NCBI GenBank assembly: GCA_965243105.1
Contig: CBDEUC010000003.1
Location: 2,088,370-2,152,369, forward strand
Length of the DNA stretch: 64,000 nucleotides
DNA from: Gammaproteobacteria bacterium
GTDB lineage: Bacteria > Pseudomonadota > Gammaproteobacteria > Eutrophobiales > Eutrophobiaceae
Reading direction: 5' to 3'
The notes beneath the pieces were generated by a model. That model made no database searches, was not told the DNA's origin, and saw nothing but the letters and a program-made list of their open reading frames with translations. This document shows positions 19,464-27,050 of this stretch, piece by piece; the first letter of the stretch is position 1; every line of letters starts with the position of its first letter. A program made the translations under genes and the position numbers.

Positions 19464-20828
19464 ATGGATCTTGCCAAACGCAACTTGATAGACATGCAGC
19501 AGTATCTTGCATTCCTCGAAGAAAACGATCACCTGGTACGTGTAAAAAGCGAGGTTGATCCTTACCTCGAACTGGCAGGTATCGCAAAAAAGTATGAGGG
19601 CGGTAAAGCCGTATATTTTGAAAAAGTAAAGGGAAGCGAATTCCCGGTGCTGCTTGGTTTCTATTGGAACCGCGACATATTGGCAAAGCTTTTCAACGTG
19701 GCTTCCGGCGATTTACCCTTCGTTATTGCAGACGACATCAGGGCCTGGCGACAGTCGCCAATGGAGTCACCGGTACTCAAGCAGGGACCGGCCAATGAAG
19801 TGATTGAAGATGAAGTCGATCTTTATGCATTGCCTATCCCGCATCATTCAGAAGGCGATGGCGGTTGCTACCTCACATCCAGCGTCGTGGTGGCAAAGGA
19901 TCCGGACACCGGTGTGCGCAACCTCTCCGTGCATCGCATGATGGTCGTTGGAAAAAACCGCTTTACGCTGCTGCTGGAAGAACTCGGCCACCTGATGGAT
20001 TATTTCAAGCGGGCGGAAGCGAAGGGCGAGGCGCTGGAATTGACAGTGAGTAACGGAATCGATTTTCCAGTCCTGATGGCAGCCGCTGCCCCTGCGTCCG
20101 CCGCACCCATGGAAATGGATGAAGTTGGCATTGCCAGCCAGCTGCGTGGCGAGCCGGTTGAGTTACTGGAATCGCAAACCGTTGGTGTTGAAGGAATTGC
20201 CAATGCCCAGTTTATTATCGAGGGAAAGATCCTTCCCAACATTCGAGAGCCGGAAGGACCGTACGCAGAGGTCACAGGTTATTATGCAGAGAGGGAAGAC
20301 CGCTGGGTATTTGAAGCAACTGCAGTCACGCGCCGTAAAGACCCCGTTTTCCAGTCCATCCTTTCTGGTAAAGAGGTGTATAACGCCTTTGGAATTGGCG
20401 CCAGCGCAGCCGTATTTGACAAGGTCCACTCGGTGGTTCCGGATGTGACCGCAGTACACTTTTCCAATGGCTCTGTGCCCTATCACCTGGTCGTGCAGAT
20501 TGACAAGAAGCATGAAGGTATTCAGCGTAATGCCATGATGGCGGCGTTCGTGTCTCATCCCTTCGTCAAGACGGTGACCCTGGTCGATCCTGACGTGGAC
20601 ATTTACAGCGTCGACGATGTTGAGTGGGCTGTACAAACACGTTGTCGTTTTGACCAGGACGTGATTTTTGCAGATGGCATCGGACACCGGCTCAATCCCA
20701 GCGTGGAGAATGATCACTGGACGCGTATCGGTTTTGACGCCACCGTGCCCTTGCCAAAAGAGGACAAGTTTGTTCGCGCCACTGTCAAGCAGGTAAACCT
20801 CGAAGACTATGAAATTGAAGGCGGCTAG
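19464..20828 (+). CDS. UbiD-family (prFMN-dependent) decarboxylase
   Basis: 454-aa protein. The N-terminus aligns to E. coli UbiD (…VDPYLELAGIAKKYEGGKAVYFEKVKGSEFPVLLGF…). The conserved EGPYAEVTGYY block (E. coli EGPYGDHTGYY) is present. It is divergent from ubiX. Confidence 0.85.
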   Translation: MDLAKRNLIDMQQYLAFLEENDHLVRVKSEVDPYLELAGIAKKYEGGKAVYFEKVKGSEFPVLLGFYWNRDILAKLFNVASGDLPFVIADDIRAWRQSPMESPVLKQGPANEVIEDEVDLYALPIPHHSEGDGGCYLTSSVVVAKDPDTGVRNLSVHRMMVVGKNRFTLLLEELGHLMDYFKRAEAKGEALELTVSNGIDFPVLMAAAAPASAAPMEMDEVGIASQLRGEPVELLESQTVGVEGIANAQFIIEGKILPNIREPEGPYAEVTGYYAEREDRWVFEATAVTRRKDPVFQSILSGKEVYNAFGIGASAAVFDKVHSVVPDVTAVHFSNGSVPYHLVVQIDKKHEGIQRNAMMAAFVSHPFVKTVTLVDPDVDIYSVDDVEWAVQTRCRFDQDVIFADGIGHRLNPSVENDHWTRIGFDATVPLPKEDKFVRATVKQVNLEDYEIEGG

Positions 20829-20904
20829 ACCCTGCAATCCTGGAAAAATAGTCTACACTTATATATGAGTGTTCCTCACTATAAATGCCACCATTCGTGG
20901 CAGT

Positions 20905-20940
20905 AGCCCCCTTGCGCCGGCGATGGGGGCATTTGTGTTC
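20905..20940 (+). terminator. Probable rho-independent terminator after the ubiD-family gene
   Basis: GCCCCCttgcgccggcgatGGGGGC stem followed by ATTTGTGTT. It is preceded by a smaller hairpin TGCCACcattcGTGGCA. Confidence 0.45.
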
Positions 20941-21087
20941 AACTGTTCAAACTGGCCCCCGGGAGGTGTTACCACCAGTCTGGATTCGAACAGATTCCAT
21001 GTATTAAAATTGGAGCCGTATTAAGGTTGTTTTGTCGCATTCATTTTTTCTGTTAATTGCTGGACGACAATCGCGGGGAAGATAATA

Positions 21088-21516
21088 GTGAAAACAATAA
21101 AAGATTTGCTGAGCAACAAGGGCGGCGAGGTCTGGTCCGTGACTTCAACTTCAACGGTGTTTGATGCCATAGCAATGATGGCGGAGAAGGGTGTAGGTGC
21201 CCTGATGGTAGTCGATGACGGCAGGCCGGTAGGCATACTCTCGGAACGAGACTACGCGCGCAAGGTTATTTTGCGGGAACGCTCTTCAAAAGACACCGCC
21301 GTCAGCGAAATCATGACGTCCCCGGTAATACACACCAGCTCAGACAGGAGCGTGCAGGAATGCATGAAGTTGATGACGGACAACAAGATAAGACATCTCC
21401 CTGTAATGGATAATGATGAACTCACAGGAATGGTCTCCATCGGAGACCTGGTCAAGGCGACCATTGACGACCAGCAGGCTACTATAGAGCAGTTGGAAAG
21501 GTATATTTCAGGATAA
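21088..21516 (+). CDS. CBS-pair domain protein
   Basis: 142-aa protein with two CBS motifs (…GALMVVDDGRPVGILSERD… and …HLPVMDNDELTGMVSIGDL…). It has a GTG start. Confidence 0.8.
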   Translation: MKTIKDLLSNKGGEVWSVTSTSTVFDAIAMMAEKGVGALMVVDDGRPVGILSERDYARKVILRERSSKDTAVSEIMTSPVIHTSSDRSVQECMKLMTDNKIRHLPVMDNDELTGMVSIGDLVKATIDDQQATIEQLERYISG

Positions 21517-21683
21517 TTAACCCCGGCTTTTTTGCCCCTTGGCTTCAGCCCATTCCCAGGGAACGGGTTTAAAAATTGCAGTTTGACCCCATTTATATTT
21601 CCTGTGGTCGCAGTTTCATGACCCTGTAATAGGAAATTTCGTCTTAAGTTTGTATTCTGAATAAAAATAAAAAGGAGAACAGT

Positions 21684-22472
21684 ATGCGCTGTCACGAAGT
21701 GGATTATGAAATTATCGGGCATGACATGCAGGTGGTTGAGGTTGAACTTGACCCCGGTGAAACAGTGATTGCAGAAGCCGGTGCCATGACCTACATGGAG
21801 CAGGACATTGATTTTGAAACCCGCATGGGTGATGGCTCAAAAGCCGACGAAGGATTACTTGGAAAGATGTTTAGCGCCGGTAAACGCATGCTCACCGGCG
21901 AGTCTATATTTACTACTCATTTTACCAATCACGGTGAGGGCAAAAAGCGGGTCGCATTCTCCGCGCCTTACCCGGGTTCTATTGAAGCGCTTAACCTGGC
22001 CGAGCTGGGAGAAGGTATAACCTGTCAGAAAGATGCTTTCCTCTGTGCAGCGCTTGGTACCAGTGTTTCTATCACCTTTAACAAGAAGCTGGGTGCCGGC
22101 TTGTTTGGTGGTGAGGGATTTATCCTGCAAAAACTTGAAGGCGATGGTATGGCCTTTATCCAGGCAGGTGGAACCGTGGTCAGGAAAGAATTAAATGGTG
22201 AAACCCTTCGAGTCGATACCGGTTGCCTTGTGGGTTTTACCGAGGGTGTTACCTACGACATTCAACGTGCCGGCAATCTCAAGTCCATGATCTTTGGTGG
22301 TGAGGGCGTCTTCCTCGCAACGCTCACCGGTACAGGCACAGTATGGTTACAAAGCCTGCCGTTCTCGCGCATGGCTGACCGAATACTTGCCCACGCTCCG
22401 TCCGCAGGAGGAGGCGATCAGGGCGAGGGTTCGGTACTCGGTGGAATAGGGCGTATCCTGGACGGGGACTAG
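21684..22472 (+). CDS. AIM24/DUF124 (TIGR00266) family protein
   Basis: 262-aa protein. The [23 protein letters not shown]… and [24 protein letters not shown] blocks are typical of AIM24 family proteins. Confidence 0.7.
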   Translation: MRCHEVDYEIIGHDMQVVEVELDPGETVIAEAGAMTYMEQDIDFETRMGDGSKADEGLLGKMFSAGKRMLTGESIFTTHFTNHGEGKKRVAFSAPYPGSIEALNLAELGEGITCQKDAFLCAALGTSVSITFNKKLGAGLFGGEGFILQKLEGDGMAFIQAGGTVVRKELNGETLRVDTGCLVGFTEGVTYDIQRAGNLKSMIFGGEGVFLATLTGTGTVWLQSLPFSRMADRILAHAPSAGGGDQGEGSVLGGIGRILDGD

Positions 22473-22480
22473 TTCCCCGG

Positions 22481-23152
22481 CTATTGGCCTGGTGCGAGAA
22501 GCTCGGCCAGCGAGGCCGGGCTTCCGTCGCCCTGTTTTGCATCAACGAAATTGTCGTAGTCTGCCGGGAATTGCCGCCTACCGCAGGCGTACTGCCTGGT
22601 GACATTTGCCACGTGCTCTCCGTGTAATTCTGCTGTCCTGATGTCACTGGGTGGTGGCGCATGATCCGTATCTTCATCGATATTGGCCTGTGCCATCACA
22701 CCAAGGTAACCCGCCATGCGATTAAGATCTTCCTCGCTTCCCTGGCTGGAGTAATTACCCCCGGTTATACGCATGGGCACCCAGATCATGCCCATTTGCG
22801 AGGCTGATATCACCAGCTGTTGCAGGCACGCAAGCTTGTCGCCGCTACGCCCGGCGGAGACGGTAAATCCTGCCGCGATCTTGTTAAGCCACATGCGCTT
22901 AAGCCACACCTCTCCAGCCAGCTTCTCGATGAATTCCTTGAACCTGGCAGCTACGGACCCGATGTAGGTGGGAGTGCCAAAGATGATGGCATCTGACTCG
23001 TGAAGCCGCTGCCAGCTGGAATCCACCTCTTCCACGCTGAGCATGCGCACATCAGTTCCTTCAACCTTACCAGCACCGCGTACAATTGCCTCAGCCAGTT
23101 TTTCAGTGGCACCTTTAAAATTGCTGTAGTAAACAACTGTTATCACTGTCAT
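22481..23152 (-). CDS. flavodoxin-like fold NAD(P)H-dependent oxidoreductase (WrbA/NQO-type)
   Basis: MTVITVVYYSNFKGATEKLAEAI… and a GTPTYIGS FMN-binding loop. 223 aa. Confidence 0.7.
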   Translation of the reverse strand: MTVITVVYYSNFKGATEKLAEAIVRGAGKVEGTDVRMLSVEEVDSSWQRLHESDAIIFGTPTYIGSVAARFKEFIEKLAGEVWLKRMWLNKIAAGFTVSAGRSGDKLACLQQLVISASQMGMIWVPMRITGGNYSSQGSEEDLNRMAGYLGVMAQANIDEDTDHAPPPSDIRTAELHGEHVANVTRQYACGRRQFPADYDNFVDAKQGDGSPASLAELLAPGQ

Positions 23153-23263
23153 TAACTTGTCCTCGGTCTCGTTTGCGGCATTATCAACAAAAAATAGTGT
23201 ATACGACGCCTCTTATGGAACATAATCAGGCAAGGCTTCAGCAAATAGTGATGGAGAAACACA

Positions 23264-24433
23264 GTGCAGACAAGTGAATTGGAACAAAACCAGCACGACA
23301 TGCTACCCGAAACGAACCATGATGAACTGGCGCGGCAACAGTTCGTGCGCTCATTCAAGGAACACCTCGTTGCAAACGTGCACCCGGGAAATCGATTGGC
23401 CTATGAGCATCGCGTCAAGCCCGAGTACATGAAGCAACATGATCGTGAACCTGCAGATCGATTTGAAGTGCGCGAGGTAATGACCCGGGATCCTCACTAT
23501 AGAATGTTCAGCTCCCTGCTCAGGACAAGCCAGGAGATGATGTGGTCAGCCGCGCAGAAACCGGTGCAACGCAAGCTTGGTTCCCTGGTGCAAAAGGCAG
23601 GTCAGCAGGAAAGCGCCGGTGGCAGCCTGCAACTGGACCCGGAACTGGAAATACCACGCTACCACAGGGCAGTAGACATCCATTGCCAGCCGGGTGGCTA
23701 TCACACCGAGGTGTGTGAAGACGATATTGCGGCAGGGGCTGTTTATGACCGCGCAGTATTCATTTATGCCATGGGACAGATGGGGCCTGATAATGCTGAC
23801 ATGGGTGCCAGTAATGCCGCCTGGATCAGGGAAAACTACCCGGAGTTTAAACCTGAACGCATCCTTGATATGGGTTGCGCCGTTGGGCACAGCACGCTGG
23901 CCATTGCCGACGCATGGCCGGAAGCGGAGGTGCATGCGATTGATGTAGCAGCACCCATACTGCGTTATGCCCATGCGCGTGCAGAGGCAATCGGGACAAG
24001 CGTTCACTATTCACAGCAAAATGCCGAGAACACTAATTTTGAAGATGCGTCTTTTGACCTCGTTGTATCGCATATCCTTCTTCACGAAACTTCCGAGAGT
24101 GCAATTCACAGGATCATTGCTGAGTGTCATCGGCTTTTGAAACCGGGTGGTCTCATGGTGCATGCCGAGACACCGCCCTATAAAAACCTGGAAGCGTTTG
24201 ATGCGTTCATGCTCGACTGGGACACGAGAAATAATAATGAACCATTCTGGTCCCGCTCCCATGAAATCGATTACAGGGAACTGAGTGAGAAAGCCGGGTT
24301 TGATGGCGACAATGTGTTTGAAACCATGGCGCCCAGTGCCTACCAGGTGGCGCAAGCGAAGCGTTCAAAAGTATTCCAGGGCGGCGACTTTGGCGGGGGT
24401 GGCCTTTGGTTTCTCTATGGATGTCAAAAATAG
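23264..24433 (+). CDS. class I SAM-dependent methyltransferase with a roughly 190-aa N-terminal domain of unknown function
   Basis: Motif I ILDMGCAVG, motif II DLVVSHILLHE, motif III LKPGGLMV. The N-terminal half has no recognisable family. Confidence 0.75.
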   Translation: MQTSELEQNQHDMLPETNHDELARQQFVRSFKEHLVANVHPGNRLAYEHRVKPEYMKQHDREPADRFEVREVMTRDPHYRMFSSLLRTSQEMMWSAAQKPVQRKLGSLVQKAGQQESAGGSLQLDPELEIPRYHRAVDIHCQPGGYHTEVCEDDIAAGAVYDRAVFIYAMGQMGPDNADMGASNAAWIRENYPEFKPERILDMGCAVGHSTLAIADAWPEAEVHAIDVAAPILRYAHARAEAIGTSVHYSQQNAENTNFEDASFDLVVSHILLHETSESAIHRIIAECHRLLKPGGLMVHAETPPYKNLEAFDAFMLDWDTRNNNEPFWSRSHEIDYRELSEKAGFDGDNVFETMAPSAYQVAQAKRSKVFQGGDFGGGGLWFLYGCQK

Positions 24434-24442
24434 AGAATTATC

Positions 24443-24802
24443 ATGCCGGAGAATGCAAAACTGAAACGCAGCGCAAAAGGAGAGCGCCCTTATTTCTTTG
24501 ATGATCCTGCTGTTGATAAATTACTGGCCATGCTGATGGGGCTCGCAGGCGAAGTCTCGGTGATGCGCGATCGCATTGATACCATTGAACGCGTCGCCAC
24601 GGAGAAAAAACTTTTGTCCGTCGAGGACATCGAGGCCTATGAGGCGAGCGAGGATGTCCTGAAGGAACGGGCAGAGAGACGCGAAATATTCCTTGGAGAA
24701 ATTACCCGTATCATCAGCGCTGAGCTTGAAGGCCTTGAGGACGAAAGTGAAGCGTACGATGAGGCTATTAAGCTCGTAGAGGAAACTCGAGAGAACAAAT
24801 AA
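24443..24802 (+). CDS. hypothetical small acidic protein
   Basis: 119-aa ORF that starts 10 bp after the methyltransferase stop, which suggests translational coupling. It ends at the bidirectional terminator. No recognisable family. Confidence 0.5.
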   Translation: MPENAKLKRSAKGERPYFFDDPAVDKLLAMLMGLAGEVSVMRDRIDTIERVATEKKLLSVEDIEAYEASEDVLKERAERREIFLGEITRIISAELEGLEDESEAYDEAIKLVEETRENK

Positions 24803-24830
24803 AAAAACCACCCGAAGGTGGTTATTTCAT
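24801..24830. terminator. Bidirectional rho-independent terminator
   Basis: AACCACCcgaaGGTGGTT stem with an A-tract on one side and a T-tract on the other. It terminates the 24443..24802 operon (+) and tmRNA-strand transcription (-). Confidence 0.7.
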
Positions 24831-24850
24831 TTGGTGGAGGCGGCGGGAGT
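24831..24850. repeat. 20-bp direct-repeat copy of the tmRNA 3' end (att-like scar); partner at 25023-25042
   Basis: TTGGTGGAGGCGGCGGGAGT occurs at 24831-24850 and again at 25023-25042, which is the 3' acceptor/T-arm end of ssrA. Confidence 0.7.
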
Positions 24851-25023
24851 GCTCGCAATCCTCGTGAACGGATTGCTCGGCCTGCGTTTCACTTCGGCCC
24901 GTCGGCCTTTGGCCAACGTCCTGCGCATCGCTGGCGCGATGCTGGTCGAACCGCATACGCGTGATCTCTTCCGCACCTCCTTCATAAACGACAAAAGCCA
25001 CAAAAGTGGCTTTAATCGATTAT

Positions 25024-25385
25024 TGGTGGAGGCGGCGGGAGTCGAACCCGCGTCCGCAAGTACTCTGCCTTTGGTTCTACATGCTTAGCCGACTCTATTA
25101 ATTTAACTGGCTGCTACCCGAACGGCAGGGAAAACAATCAGCGAGTTCGTAAAGTTTTAACGAATCATTCCCGAACAAAAGTCATCGCGAGCTTATGTGA
25201 GTCGACGCCTGGAACCGGGCGCATAAGCACACACCGGGCAGACGGCACCCTACTGGGTATTAAGCAGCGAGTGCGTAGTTGTCGTCGTTGGCAACTATAT
25301 AAAGTGCAGCTGGTTTAACGAGGTAATCTGCACCTCGGCATGCCCCTCGGGTTTCGCTACCCACGTCGAAGCCAAGTGCGCCCCC
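25024..25385 (-). ncRNA. ssrA: tmRNA (SsrA), tag peptide ANDDNYALAA
   Basis: Minus-strand 5' GGGGGCGCACUUGGCUUCGACGUGGGUAGCGAAACCCGAGGGGCAUGCCGAGG… and 3' …GGACGCGGGUUCGACUCCCGCCGCCUCCACCA. The tag reading frame is GCCAACGACGACAACUACGCACUCGCUGCUUAA. Length is about 362 nt. A terminator hairpin AAAGCCACttttGTGGCTTTT follows. Confidence 0.92.
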
Positions 25386-25509
25386 AAATACTAACAAGGG
25401 TTTCCGTTGCTTTAACGCATGAGGAACTGTTTTGTGGATGGGAAGTATAGTACAGCCCGTTCCATATTCTCAATATTGGGGCAGGAACGGGTAAAATCAA
25501 CGGCTGGAA

Positions 25510-26337
25510 TCAGGACTGCGGAGGAACAACGACGAGAATATCGTGATCCATGTGATTCAGGAGCTTGTCGACGATGTTGCCAAAAATACGGTTTGCCAGT
25601 GTGCTGCGAGTAGAGAGTCCCACAACAACGACATCAGCATTGATTTTCTCAGCGATCTCGGTAATAACCTCTTCCGGGTCACCAACCGATGCATGCACTT
25701 TTTCCGTGTCAATGTTCAGTCGCTTTGCTATGTCGGTGACATGCTGAAATTCATCCTGTGACGAGTAGGAATACACCGCGTGTAACTCGCAGTTTTCGTA
25801 GGCACTTGAAGCCGCTGTGCCAAAATCGATGATGGTGTCCATGAGCTTCTGGTACTCCTCGTCCTCGCGCCGGGTATCCACGGCCATCAATACGTTTTGA
25901 GGCTGGTCTGGACGATCTGTTGAAACCAGCAGCACTGAACACTGGGCTGAACTCATTAACGCCGTATCAGAGGAAGTCATCAGCAGGCGGCGCGCCGTGG
26001 AGCGACGATGTGTCGACTTGACGATGATATCGCTTTTCTCACGCACAGCTGCAGAGCCCAGTGAGCCGCGCCAGTCATTACTCCAGTCAAGCTCTCCCTC
26101 GATCTCGATGCCTTCATCCCTCACACCCTGCACAATTTGATCCAACCAGGGCTGGTACCTTGCACGTTCCACGCGTTCCAGTGCCTCGGCGTCGTGTGAA
26201 GACAGCGTTGGCGAGATACACAGATAGGCGTGGATCCTGGCGCCGGTAACGCGAGCAATTCCCATGGCACGTTGCAGTGCAATCTGCTTGTCAGTAGCCG
26301 GGTCGATGACGGTGAAAACGGTGTTGATCTCGGGCAT
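25510..26337 (-). CDS. universal stress protein with tandem UspA domains (UspE-like)
   Basis: 275-aa protein with two USP domains (…VVVGLSTRSTLANRIFGNIVDKLLNHMDHDILVV…). Confidence 0.8.
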   Translation of the reverse strand: MPEINTVFTVIDPATDKQIALQRAMGIARVTGARIHAYLCISPTLSSHDAEALERVERARYQPWLDQIVQGVRDEGIEIEGELDWSNDWRGSLGSAAVREKSDIIVKSTHRRSTARRLLMTSSDTALMSSAQCSVLLVSTDRPDQPQNVLMAVDTRREDEEYQKLMDTIIDFGTAASSAYENCELHAVYSYSSQDEFQHVTDIAKRLNIDTEKVHASVGDPEEVITEIAEKINADVVVVGLSTRSTLANRIFGNIVDKLLNHMDHDILVVVPPQS

Positions 26338-26467
26338 CTTCTTATTCCAGTCTTTTATTATTATTTATCGTAATGGCTAATGATAACGTATCTCGGGCTA
26401 TGATCCAGAGCGCGAATGCGTCAAATAGTGCACAAATTTGAGCTATTTTGGCGAAATAAAGGCCTGT

Positions 26468-26944
26468 TCAGCCCCGCTTCATAATGCGTTGTTTTTGCCT
26501 CTGCCAGTCCCTGTCCTTCAGGCTGTCCCGCTTGTCGTGAGCCTGTTTGCCCCTCGCGATACCGATTTCGACCTTGGCCTTACCTCGTTTCCAGTACATC
26601 GCCGTGACCACCAGGGTAAATCCCTTTCGTTCAACGGCACCGGTCAGGCGGTCAATCTCTTTCTTGTGTAGCAGTAATTTTCGACTCCGCCTCGGGTCCG
26701 GCGTGATATGGGTAGATGCCGTGGGAAGAGGTGTAATCAGGGTGCTTTGCAGGAAAATCTCTCCGTTCTTCAGGTGCACATAGTTATCCCGAATCTGGAC
26801 TTTACCCGCGCGCAGGCTTTTAACTTCCCACCCTTCGAGAACGATGCCTGCTTCCAGCCGATCTTCAATAAAGTAGTCATGTCTCGCCTTCTTGTTCAGA
26901 ACGATCGTGTTGGAACCCTGCTTTTGTTTTTTATCTGCTGCCAT
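26468..26944 (-). CDS. smpB: SsrA-binding protein
   Basis: [48 protein letters not shown]… is canonical SmpB. 158 aa. Confidence 0.93.
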   Translation of the reverse strand: MAADKKQKQGSNTIVLNKKARHDYFIEDRLEAGIVLEGWEVKSLRAGKVQIRDNYVHLKNGEIFLQSTLITPLPTASTHITPDPRRSRKLLLHKKEIDRLTGAVERKGFTLVVTAMYWKRGKAKVEIGIARGKQAHDKRDSLKDRDWQRQKQRIMKRG

Positions 26945-27050
26945 GCTCTATTTGAAGGAAGTCGATACCCACCGGGAGTTATTGAAGTGAGTATAACAGC
27001 GCAGGGTAGAACACAACATCTACCGGGATACAGTGGGCAACGGGCGCCCT

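Noticed and set aside
24831-25088. 85-aa plus-strand ORF MVEAAGVLAILVNG… spanning the ssrA region
   Set aside because: It is entirely contained within the duplicated tmRNA 3' end and the tmRNA gene on the opposite strand. It is a translation of structured RNA sequence, not a protein gene.
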